Source: Octopus sinensis (Eukaryota). Taken from it: a stretch of DNA of 64,000 nt. The DNA lies in NCBI RefSeq assembly GCF_006345805.1, contig NC_043002.1, forward strand, positions 63,426,001 through 63,490,000, written 5' to 3'. Every line of letters starts with the position of its first letter. Positions within the stretch are counted from its first letter, which is position 1. The position numbers and the translations under genes are program-made. Below the pieces are notes generated by a model. The model had not been told where the DNA came from and searched no databases. It worked only from the letters and a program-made list of their open reading frames with translations. Shown here one piece after another: positions 53,861-64,000 of this stretch.

Positions 53861-54243
53861 TTCTTTTATGTGTTTCAGTCATTTGACTGCAGCCATGCTG
53901 GAGCACCGCCTTCAGTCGTGCAAATCAACCCTAGGACTTATTCTTCGTAAGCCTAGTACTTATTCTATCGGTCTCTTTTGCTGAACTGATAAGTTACGGG
54001 AACGTAAGCACACCAGCATCGGTTGTCAAGCGATGTCGGAGGGACAAATACAAACATACACACAAGCACATACATATACGACGGGTATCTTTCAGCTTCC
54101 ATCTACCAAATCCACTAACAAGGCTTTGGCCAGCCGCAGGCTATAGTAGCAGACACTTCTCCAAGGTGCCACACAGCGGGACTGAACCCGTAACAATGTG
54201 GTGGTTAGAAAGCTACTTCTCACACAGCCCCTCCTCGGCGCCT
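53861..54243 (-). mobile_element. SINE family B, full length
   Basis: Colinear with 48961-49370. Confidence 0.9.
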
Positions 54244-54244
54244 A

Positions 54245-54295
<51 letters not shown>

Positions 54296-54377
54296 TTATA
54301 TATGCATGTGTGTATATCTGTGTGTGTGTTTAATATGTTTATATGTATGTATATACTTATGTATATAGATATTATTC

Positions 54378-54410
<33 letters not shown>

Positions 54411-54539
54411 ATATATAGATATATATAATATGTATATAAATAAATATATATATATACATATACATACACACTCAAACACACGCACACCCAAACATGCATA
54501 CATACATATGTACATATGTGTCTTTGTGTGTGTGTGTGT

Positions 54540-54995
54540 GTTTTAACTCTCCATTCATTGGGATGTGAACAACGTGTGTCAATTTTTGACCTGAGCGGAT
54601 GTTCACCTTTCAAATGTATAGTGCAATCTTAACTGGAAAATGTGAATGAAGGTAAGAAATTGAAACGTACGTAGGCGTTATGGAACTGACTGTTATAAGA
54701 ACAAAGACATTTTTCTTCTGTGTTTAAACTCTGCATTTTCTTTAGATTGTATAAAGTGTCGTATAACTCTTGAATACTACCCTGATGTCATATGTGTCGC
54801 ATATCTTTTGTATCTTTTCGGAGAGGCCTTTCATATAGGGTAGACAGACGGTGGACAGTTTATCGGTTTCATCCTCTTTTCATCATAATTGGAGTGGAGA
54901 GTATGCTTTGGGGGTACTTGTTGCTTAATAGAATGCAACTGAGCTTGATCATTTCTTCGTGGTGGGTATCATGATCGCTACTTATATCCATTGCA
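54540..54995 (-). mobile_element. Inverted Penelope-like fragment of the same family
   Basis: The minus strand encodes KLSTVCLPYMKGLSEKIQKICDTYDIRVVFK; homologous to 55010-55125. Confidence 0.8.
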
Positions 54996-54999
54996 TATA

Positions 55000-55535
55000 A
55001 GTAGCGATTCAATTATGAAGAAAAGAGACCATGAAACCGATAAACTATACACATACCGTTTACCCTATATGAAAGACTTCTTCGAAAAGATACAAAAGAT
55101 ATGCGGCCCATATGACAGCAGAAGTAATACAAATATCTATTTCGAGTAAAACCACTAATAGAAGAGAATATGACCAAGAACTGTGTGGACTCCATCCCAT
55201 GTAGCTGTGGTAGGTTATACAAAGGCGAAAAATGCCGCCCCCTCAAAATAAGGGTGGAGGAACATCGCAATGCTGTGATACAAGGAGATATTGATAAAGA
55301 GGGTATAGCTGATTATGTATGGGAAAATGGAGACCAGCTGCCCCTGAGAAATGAAGTTAAAATAATAGATAGAGAACACTACTGGAAAATACGAAAATTA
55401 GAAGAAGAAACACATAAGCTAGAACACATCAACCTGCAAAGCAGACCGAGTGCAGATATGAACAGTATATGGGAGCAGGTATTAAGGAAGGATAGGATAA
55501 TATTAGATTTAAAAGCCCTAAAACTCACTCCATAA
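55000..55535 (+). mobile_element. Penelope-like GIY-YIG endonuclease fragment
   Basis: ORF 55170-55535 VDSIPCSCGRLYKGEKCRPLKIRVEEHR...VKIIDREHYWKIRKLEE; preceded by LPYMKDFFEKIQKIC. Confidence 0.85.
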
Positions 55536-55734
55536 TTGCCCACGATCTATCTAGCGATCTATGTATCTATCTATCTATTTGTCTGTCTGTCTATCTATCT
55601 ATCTATCTACCTGTCTATCTATCTGCATATATGTTAGTGTGTGTGCATATTCATCCTTCTATGTCTCTCTGTATCTGCGTCTGTCTCTGTTTCTCTCTCT
55701 CTCTCTGCACACACAGATTCATATATATATATAT

Positions 55735-55901
55735 AGGAGTGGCTGTGTGGTAAGCAGCTTGCTTACCAACCACATGGTTCCGGATTCAGTCCCTCCGCGT
55801 TGCACCATGGGCAAGTGTTTTCTACTATAGGATCTGGCGCGACCAAAGCCTTGTGAGTGGATTTGGTAGACGGAAACTGAAAGAAGCCCATCGTATATAT
55901 G

Positions 55902-55933
<32 letters not shown>

Positions 55934-56154
55934 AGTGTGTGTGTGTATGTATGTTTGTATGTCTGTGTTTGTCCCCCCAACATCGCTTGACAACCGATGC
56001 TGGTGTGTTTACGTCCCCGTAACTTAGCGGTTCGGCAAAAGGTACCGAGAGAATAAGCACTAGGCTTACAATGAATAAGTCTTGGGGTCGATTTGCTCGA
56101 CTAAAGGTGATGCTCCAGCATGACCGTAGTGAAATGACTGAAACAAGTAAAAGA
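55735..56154 (+). mobile_element. SINE family B, full length
   Basis: aggagtggctgtgtggtaagcagcttgc...aatgactgaaacaagtaaaaga. Confidence 0.93.
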
Positions 56155-56164
56155 TTATATATAT

Positions 56165-56285
<121 letters not shown>

Positions 56286-57314
56286 GATACACATATGAAA
56301 GATGTGATGAGGAAACTTTATGGCTGAAAGGCAGCTGCAAAATACTTGTTTGTCAGCTACTGCTACAGCGTACTGACATTTTATCGGTAATGTCTAATGC
56401 TACCAGTAAGCTGTCAATTTTGATATCAAAATACTAACGTTGTTGGCATTCGCAAAGACCATTCTTATGGCAAATAGTGAATGTGCCTGCATGCTGTAGA
56501 ACTAGCAAATTAATGCATACCAGCATCTAATGCATAAAGATATATACTTGTTCGGGTCTGTTCTTCCAGCTGTATATCGATTGTAACAATCTGATTACAA
56601 CCGGGTATGAAAGCGAGAAGAAATATTTCTTGAAACGATCCTGAGCAAATGTTTACGTAACTGCGATAAGAGAACATGAGCGTATAGCGAAACTTGCTAC
56701 GAAGTAGTGTAGTATAGTTAACTTCAGCGGGGTACCCATATGCGAACGATACTTTAAATGAACTACTTATATAATGAACAGGTTTATGAAGAAACTTGAA
56801 CACGAATAAGAAGCAGAAATTTGGTTAACGTATCATGGTCTTATTACGGTCGCGAATATGTGACTGGGAGCCCATTCTCTTAATGAGCTGAAATTTGAAC
56901 GAGAAGCCATGAGAGATCTACGCGCGAACATATATGCTGCGAGAGCGTTCATATAAAGAAAATTACGTCCGACCGATGAGCTGAAATTTAAATAACAAAT
57001 CACGTGTCGATTATGCACGAATATTATGTAAGGTGAGAGAGTGTGTACAAACGATTCGTTAACGTCTATTTATATATTTTACATACAATGCATATGCTTC
57101 ATATTGTTCCTAAAAGCATAATCGTGTATCTTAAGCAAAGCAAACGAACACACACACACAAACTCACATACACACAAACAGACACACACACACACACACA
57201 CACTCACACACACACAATAGTTGCTGTTGATGGACGTGCAAATATAAACATCATTTCATATCATTATGTGGGACTTAGGTGTAGCTTGACAAAAATTATC
57301 CTTATTTATATGTA

Positions 57315-57878
57315 TTGGGTTGTCCGGAAAGTCCATGCCGATTTTCAAGGAAAGAAAAAGGTCATTAAATACATGCCATTACATTTTTAATCAACCCAAT
57401 ATGAACCATTTTGTTGCACAATGCATCTCCAGCTTTTCTTTAAATTGAAAATACCCTCTTCCCAGAATTCAGGTGGTTTCAGGGTAAAGAATTCATCAAG
57501 GTATCTTTTTATGTCATCCAAGGAATTGAAATTTTTACCATTAAGACTATTCTGCCGAGACCCGAATAAGTGGAAATCCGAAGGAGCAATATCTGGTGAA
57601 TATGGAGGGTGGAGTAACACATCCCAGCCGAGCTACTGCAGTTTTTGTCTAGTTCCCAAACATCAAGTGCCGAAAATGAACTTTCTTGTCTTCCAATTTA
57701 AAGGGTTACAGAATTAACACAGGTTATAGGAACATAAACCTTTTTCCACGAGAAAATAACTTAAACGGTGCTCTAAATGGAGGTGTAGTCAAATCCTATT
57801 TTATGGACTCAACCATTTTCTAAAATAAGTCGAAATGTAAGCTGCTATAAATTGGCATGAACTTTCCGGACAACCCAA
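57315..57878 (-). mobile_element. Same deleted mariner, complete, with TA TSDs
   Basis: TA-TTGGGTTGTCCGGAAAG...CTTTCCGGACAACCCAA-TA; ORF 57387-57620 contains HPPYSPDIAPSDFHLF. Confidence 0.94.
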
Positions 57879-59160
57879 TATTTCAATTATTCACGAAAGA
57901 AAAATTCAGGTAACGAACATGTGTTTGTAACTGATTATATCCGTCTTTAGACAACACACTGTATCTAATTATAATAAATGTTATTCCACTGTTGCTCCTT
58001 TAGTTTTTTTTTTTTTTTTTGAGAAAGAGATCTGCCTTAATTAGACATTGAAATTACATATTCTCAAAGTAGGAAATACAAGGCGTGCATATTACGAGCG
58101 AGCATTTCTGAAAGTTTAATCCAGCTGATGTTATCCTGAAACATTACAATTGCTCACAATTGCAAATGTTGCAGCGGAGATTTGAAAATTAATGCATTTT
58201 ATTCCTGAACTGTAAAAACTCAAAAATTAATTTATTTAAAACCAAATCTGTTAGGAAATGGTTAAGTCAAAAACAGAAGCAATGAATTTGTAGAACGAAT
58301 TAAATACAGTACCTATGCAATAGAATGAATCCGATTACAGATCAGTTTTCAGATAGAGTATAACCACACATCGAATCTGTTTACACAATTAATTTCATTT
58401 ACTAACATGGAATTCACGGCACCCGTACAAAAAGCCAGGGACAAAATCTATTTGCTGAGAAGAAATATTAAGCATTCTTCAAATATATATATATATATAT
58501 ATATAATCTATTAAACTACAACAGCTATACGAACGAACACATGATTAAAACACAGCATACATTGGCACAAATACATCAAACAGCACGAAAATTAAGAGTA
58601 AACAACGTAGAAGTTGCTTAAGTAGAACGAATGCACTTTAATATTATATTTGTTCAACAAATTCACAAGTGCTCAGAAAAAGGGAATGGAAAAAATATGG
58701 CATATGAACCTAAACTAACACGAAAACTATAATGTAAACAAGAAGGAAAATTAAAACATCATTTTAACAAACAAAAAAAAAAACAGAAAGCGTGTAAACC
58801 CGAAAAGAACAACTAACGATCACCGAGATTTAGGAATTTGCTCATGAAATTGTAGTTGTAAGTTTCAGACGCTATGTTGACCGTACAAGAACATGACTCG
58901 TATAGCAGCTGTTTTATGTATATACGTATGTATTTGTGTATTTATGTAAGTGGGTAGGCAAGTATATATGTATACATGTGTGTGCGTGGGTGCATATGTT
59001 CATATAGAAATGTGTCTGTACATATATATATATATATATATTGCAGCTTTAATGAACGTATAGTACTATACCTTTGGTATTCTAGTGCTATTTTCCCACC
59101 TTGTTTTGTACTTATGTGATCATGTGTTTCTGTATATGTGTGTGTGGCTGTGCGTGTGAG

Positions 59161-59191
<31 letters not shown>

Positions 59192-59626
59192 ATTTCCAAG
59201 TAAGTTTTTGTTGACCTTTTTGATGCGACTCTACTCTATAGTGTTTTCTCCTCCATCTTCCCTTTTTCTCCCCTTCACCGTTCTCTTTCTGTCTCTCTCT
59301 ATCTACCTCTCTTTTTCTTTCTCTCTCTCGTTGCTCACACGCGACCATACTCCATCTTCCTTTTCCTTACGTGACCATCTTTATTTTCCTATATTAAACA
59401 TGTTTGGCATGATGTCCAAGAACCATGGTGTAGCTACACATATATGCAGCTATATGTATGTATTCTAGGCGTTCTGCATAACTATAGGAACGCATGTATC
59501 TGCATGTCTGCATACTCATAGACATTTTTTTATCTATCTCTCCACCCATGCATACACCTAAACCCCCTTGCACACAATCTTGCAACCAGAGATACATAAC
59601 ATGTGCAGAACGTTTAAAGCGTATTT

Positions 59627-59765
59627 GTTTGTGTGGTAAAAAGCTTGCTTCCCAACCAGATTGTTCGGATCCAGTCCCACTGCGGGGCACCTTTGGCAAG
59701 TGGCCTCTACTATAGCCATGGGCCGACCAAACCCGTTTTAGTAGGTTTGGTGGATGGAAATGAAA
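59627..59765 (+). mobile_element. SINE family B, 5' part
   Basis: tgtgtggtaaaaagcttgcttcccaacc...ggccgaccaaa. Confidence 0.8.
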
Positions 59766-59837
59766 TATGCTTGTCATGTACATATATATATATAATATAT
59801 ATATATATATATACATATATATATCTATATATATATA

Positions 59838-59897
<60 letters not shown>

Positions 59898-59999
59898 GTA
59901 GTATGTATGTATGCATGTATGCATATATATGTGTGTGTGTGCGTGCATGTGTGTGTATGTATGTATGTATATATATATATATGTATATATATAATATAT

Positions 60000-60047
<48 letters not shown>

Positions 60048-60509
60048 GTGGAAAGGAACACACGAGTTGATATTATGAAAAAACAAGTCAAAAATAGAAA
60101 ATGCTAGATGTATTGATTTATAGTGAATCTTTCAGTACGGGTTTCGGTCATTTTGAGAGACTTTTCAACTGTAACGATTAAATAATTAAATTTAGAAAAA
60201 TTAGAAGAAAAGTTTTTTAAAAGAATATTTCTGTAGTAGTGTTCAGATATAAGTAGCATTCTGCCTTTCTCTGACTCCCTTGTTTGCACTTGCGTGTTCG
60301 AGGTCGTTTTGAGTTCTTTGTAGGATAGGTGAAGAATAATGAGGCTGATGTGGAGAGGGGGTGGGGGAATCTGGGAATGCCTTAATGGTCGTATTTTGAA
60401 TGGTCAGTGGCTGACAGTAGTCGAAGTTCAATTCAGGAATTGTTTATGGAATTTGCGTAGGCGTTATACTGAAAGACATTAGTGACAAAGTTAAGGGGTG
60501 GAAGGTGGA

Positions 60510-60685
60510 GAAGTAGAAGAAGAAGAAGATGACGATGTTGATGATGATGATGATGAAGAAGAAGAAGAAGAAGAAGAAGGAGAAGGAGGAGATGGTGGTG
60601 ATGATGGTGGTGATGATGATGACGACGATGATGATGATAATGATGATGATGAAGAAGGAGAGGAAGAAGAAGAAGAAGAAAAAAA
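60510..60685. repeat. Compound (GAA)/(GAT)/(GGT) trinucleotide tract
   Basis: Direct reading. Confidence 0.95.
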
Positions 60686-60779
60686 CAGAGAAGGGAGAAT
60701 ATGAATGGGTGTAAGTTAGCTGTGATGGGGCTGATTAGTAATGGATTCTGTGGAGTGTAATATTTGTGTGTATATATTT

Positions 60780-61335
60780 CTTTTATTCTAAAGTTGAGGT
60801 ATATTAATTGTTTGTCGTAGCCCGTTAAGAAGTGGCTTGTATTTTGTAATAAGAGATTTTCTTTACTTATTCGTTGTCTCGAGGTTGTATCGTCCCTAAA
60901 TTGGTGTAGAGGGGGAAAATTCTGAAGTTTGGTGTTTTTTTGTTGGCGCAAGTATCTATGTGTTGGCTAAAAGCTATTTTTCTGTTTTGGGGAATTTTTA
61001 TCTGGGATCTGTGCAGGGCCATTCGTTTACGTAAACCATTTTTTGTTTGGCCTATGTACTGCTCTGACACCCGGAGCAGGTTAGTGAGTATATTAGGTTC
61101 TCCGAAGCACATGTGAAGTTGCTTTTCACTGTAAACCGTTGTCCCTGTATGAAGGAGAACTATGATCCCTCAATTAGATAGTCGCATATCCCGCAATTGG
61201 GTCTTCCACATTTTTTTACTGTCGGCTTCTGTGTTGAAGAGTGAATTCGGGCTTGTGTAAGGAGACTTTTCATGGATCTAGGCTGTCTTTTGCTTTTTAT
61301 GATCATGTGTGTTTGGAGGATTGTGTTCATTCTGT
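60780..61335 (-). mobile_element. Penelope-like (Neptune-type) GIY-YIG fragment
   Basis: IIKSKRQPRSMKSLLTQA...KKCGRPNCGICDYLIEG then EQYIGQTKNGLRKRMALHRSQI. Confidence 0.85.
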
Positions 61336-61338
61336 GGT

Positions 61339-61407
<69 letters not shown>

Positions 61408-61419
61408 TATGTATGTATT

Positions 61420-61632
61420 TGTGGGTCTGTGTGTCTGCCTCTGTGTCGGCGTTATCTCCACCACAATCGCTTGACAACCGATATTGTGTCCCCGAAACTT
61501 AACGGATCGGCAAAAGAGACCTCTAGAATAAGTACTACGCATATAATAAAATAAGTCCTGGGGTCAATTTGTCTTACTAAAGGCGATGCTCCAACATGGT
61601 CGCAGTCAAATAACTGCAAAAAAGTAAAAGGG
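61420..61632 (+). mobile_element. SINE family B, 3' part
   Basis: atcgcttgacaaccga...cggcaaaagagacc...gctccaacatggtcgcagtcaaa. Confidence 0.8.
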
Positions 61633-61964
61633 AATGTCTGTATGCGTTGTATGTGTGTATTTATAAAGAGTGAAAAGGAAATCCGAACAAATGAACTCTC
61701 GCTACTACGCTCAACATGTAGTCACTTGCTCGACTGTAATTTACACCATTTATTTACTGCCCAACGAAGCCAGTAATAGTTCCCTACTTCACCGCCAACG
61801 TTTATTAAATTTGTCTTCGCATTCTCGCTTGTATGCATTCCGCTTCAATAATGCTACAATTATCAATGTTCAATTGAGGAGAGAGTTAAGAGACACAGTC
61901 GCTTGCATTTTAAATTGAAATAGCGTCTGCATACAACACAACTCTTTCGATTTCTCTATGCGCG

Positions 61965-61967
<3 letters not shown>

Positions 61968-62025
<58 letters not shown>

Positions 62026-62035
62026 TTCTCTCTCC
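61968..62035. repeat. (TC)n microsatellite; representative of dozens of (TA)n, (CA)n and (GA)n tracts not listed individually
   Basis: Direct reading. Confidence 0.95.
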
Positions 62036-62869
62036 CTCCCTCACTCCCTTTACCTTGCTTCTTTGTCTCTTTTTCACTTTCTGCACTTAAACTACACCCT
62101 ATTCACTCATTCCAGTTCGGTCGGTTTTTACTGCTTTGTATTCCATCAGCATTGTTTTGTCTCTTTTGTTCGGTCTAGTAGACATTATTTTTCATTTTTA
62201 AATTGCTTAGCTTTCATTTCTTTTTTTTTTAAATGCTAGACTGAAAAAATGAACTAAACTGTTCAAGTAAACATTATGTAATATTCATTCCATTTTTTTT
62301 ATTGATGCATAATATATTTCAGTGGCAAAGAAATGCATAAAACTCAGGGTATCCTATTTGTTTATCACTCAACCGTAAAAATAAATAGACATAAATAAAT
62401 GGGGTCTCTATAAGACTAATGATATGGAAAAGGCTTTTAATATTTAATATTTAATTACGTTATAACTTTCCAGAGAGCTAAGCATAAGTATGCATTCAAT
62501 ATATGCTATTCATAAAATATGTATAACATACTTATATTTTGGGTAGCTTCAACTCAGATCGTCATCGGGTGCCTTCATTCTTTAATATATAGGTTTATGT
62601 ACAGGGATAGACAAGTACGTTTGTTAGCATCTAAACAAGTATATATCTAGATTACTGCAATGAATATAGTGGGTCTTTGCACGTATACAGGTCAATCATT
62701 TTAGATGAAGGAGAAATATTTTGAGTCGTATATACAACTCTCAAGCTCTCTCGCATATGAGCGTGTAAGAGCATGTGTGCATGTAAGTGGGTGTTTATAT
62801 ACGTGTGTAGTAATTAACTAAATTGATTTAGTTAAATTAAATTAAATTTGGTTGAATTTATGCTACAAG

Positions 62870-63065
62870 TGTTGAAGTTGGCGAAATTTTTCCCCTCGTC
62901 TTTCCTTCTCTGGATCTTTCCTGTCCCTATGTTTCTGACGAAGAGCTCCGCTCGAAACGTAAAACTCTCCTTCTTCCCTTCCTCCTTGAGCGTCCAATAA
63001 TACTATATTGGTTCCACGTTCTCGCGTTGTTGTGTTTTCTCTTTGTGTTTTCATGTTTGGATTAC
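62870..63065 (+). mobile_element. Penelope-like element terminal repeat fragment
   Basis: Pyrimidine-rich tail with a central hammerhead motif; same layout as the antisense relics at 14676-14856 and 640-720. Confidence 0.6.
62931..62965 (+). ncRNA. Minimal PLE-type type I hammerhead motif
   Basis: GTTT-CTGACGA-A-GAGC(TCC)GCTC-GAAACGTA|AAAC; stem I 4 bp, stem II 4 bp, palindromic ACGT stem III. Confidence 0.65.
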
Positions 63066-63391
63066 TATATATATAGATATAATATATATAATATATATAT
63101 ATATTATATATATATATATAGAGAGACGAGAGAGAGAGAGAGGAGAGAGAGAGACAGACAGACAGACTGTATATAGATAGAAGATGGGCATAAACTTACA
63201 CATAAATAGGATGTATACATGCGTGTGTGTAGGTATATAATGTATCGAGGGACAATATACTCAAATTAGAATAGAATTGTTGATCTTAAGATGGAAAGAG
63301 ACAGAAAAGTTAGCAGAGAGAAGTAATCCTCTGGTCAGCTAAAGCTTACTCGTCAGAGGTCATCGCTATGGGGCACTGAAAGGGCGAGGAT

Positions 63392-63600
63392 AATAATGGT
63401 TTCAAATTTGGCGAAAAGCGCAGCATTTTCGGAGAGTGGATGAGGCAATTACATCGAACCCAGTCTTCAAATGGAACTCATTTTATTGGGCCTGAAAGGA
63501 TGTCGACTTCGGGGGGATTTCAACTCAGAACGGAGTGCCGGGCGAAATACCATTATAAGCATTTCGCCCAGCTTGCTAACGATTCATCCAACTCGCCACC
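63392..63600 (-). mobile_element. SINE family A, degenerate
   Basis: gtcgacttcggggggatttcaactcagaac...actcgccacc. Confidence 0.75.
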
Positions 63601-63740
63601 ATGATGGGGTGATGATAATGCTCTTTGACTAAAACACACATTTGCCTAGAATATCGTAGGCATTAAACTCTTCTCTAATGTCATATAGCGCTGGCGTTTG
63701 ACACGTCAGTACTTATATAATAACTGACTGTCTCTCTAAA

Positions 63741-63836
63741 TCGGCGAGCTGGCAGAAACGTTAGAGCGCCGGGCGAAAAGCTTAGCGGTATTTCGTCTGT
63801 CTTTACGTTCCGAGTTCAAATTCCGCCGAGGTCGAA
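63741..63836 (+). mobile_element. SINE family A, 5' part only
   Basis: cggcgagctggcagaaacgttagagcgccgggcgaa...gaggtcga, then an abrupt change to a pyrimidine tract. Confidence 0.88.
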
Positions 63837-64000
63837 TCCTCTCCTCGCCTCTCTCCTTCCACCCATCTCTCCTCTCTTGCACCGACTCCTAATTCTCTTC
63901 ACTCCTACCCTCCTCTCTTCTCTTCACTCCTACCCACCTTCCCCGCCTTCATCATCGCACCTCCCTTATCACCCCACTTCACCCCTACCCTTTCCAAACC

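Noticed and set aside
56570-56604. Possible 35-nt exon (ttcttccag|...|gtatga; LYIDCNNLITT)
   Set aside because: Splice-like signals occur by chance; no partner exons were found.
60433-60951. Acidic, poly-His and poly-Leu ORFs
   Set aside because: All frames are open only because of a (GAA/GAT) tract; no splice or homology support.
63837-64000. C/T-only tract after a truncated SINE as a triplex or regulatory element
   Set aside because: Aperiodic low-complexity sequence at the window edge; may be a basecalling artefact.

Overview
This is AT-rich, microsatellite-saturated eukaryotic non-coding DNA. The SINE families and repeat landscape look like Octopus (a coleoid cephalopod); this was recognised from memory, not by search. 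I found no confident host protein-coding exon, and almost every listed ORF is a microsatellite translation or a transposon remnant. The window holds about 30 tRNA-derived SINE copies from at least 4 families, three copies of one internally deleted mariner, Penelope-like (PLE) RT/GIY-YIG remnants, RTE and RLE-type LINE fragments, a non-autonomous Helitron and several large inverted repeats. The main result is at 51091-53273: four tandem ~483-bp, ORF-less, highly structured monomers. Each carries a complete type I hammerhead ribozyme (CTGACGA...GAAAC...GTA) with an unusually long, G-U-rich stem II, and a partial inverted copy precedes the array. This is the architecture of a non-LTR retrozyme, i.e. 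a genomic template for a self-cleaving RNA that could circularise. A second canonical hammerhead forms the loop of a 173-bp-arm palindrome at 32774-33154. Minimal PLE-type hammerheads occur at 3383-3428 and 62931-62965. A TSD-flanked, ORF1-only LINE sits inside a SINE tRNA head at 29953-31912. All structures were derived by eye; no folding or database searches were run.
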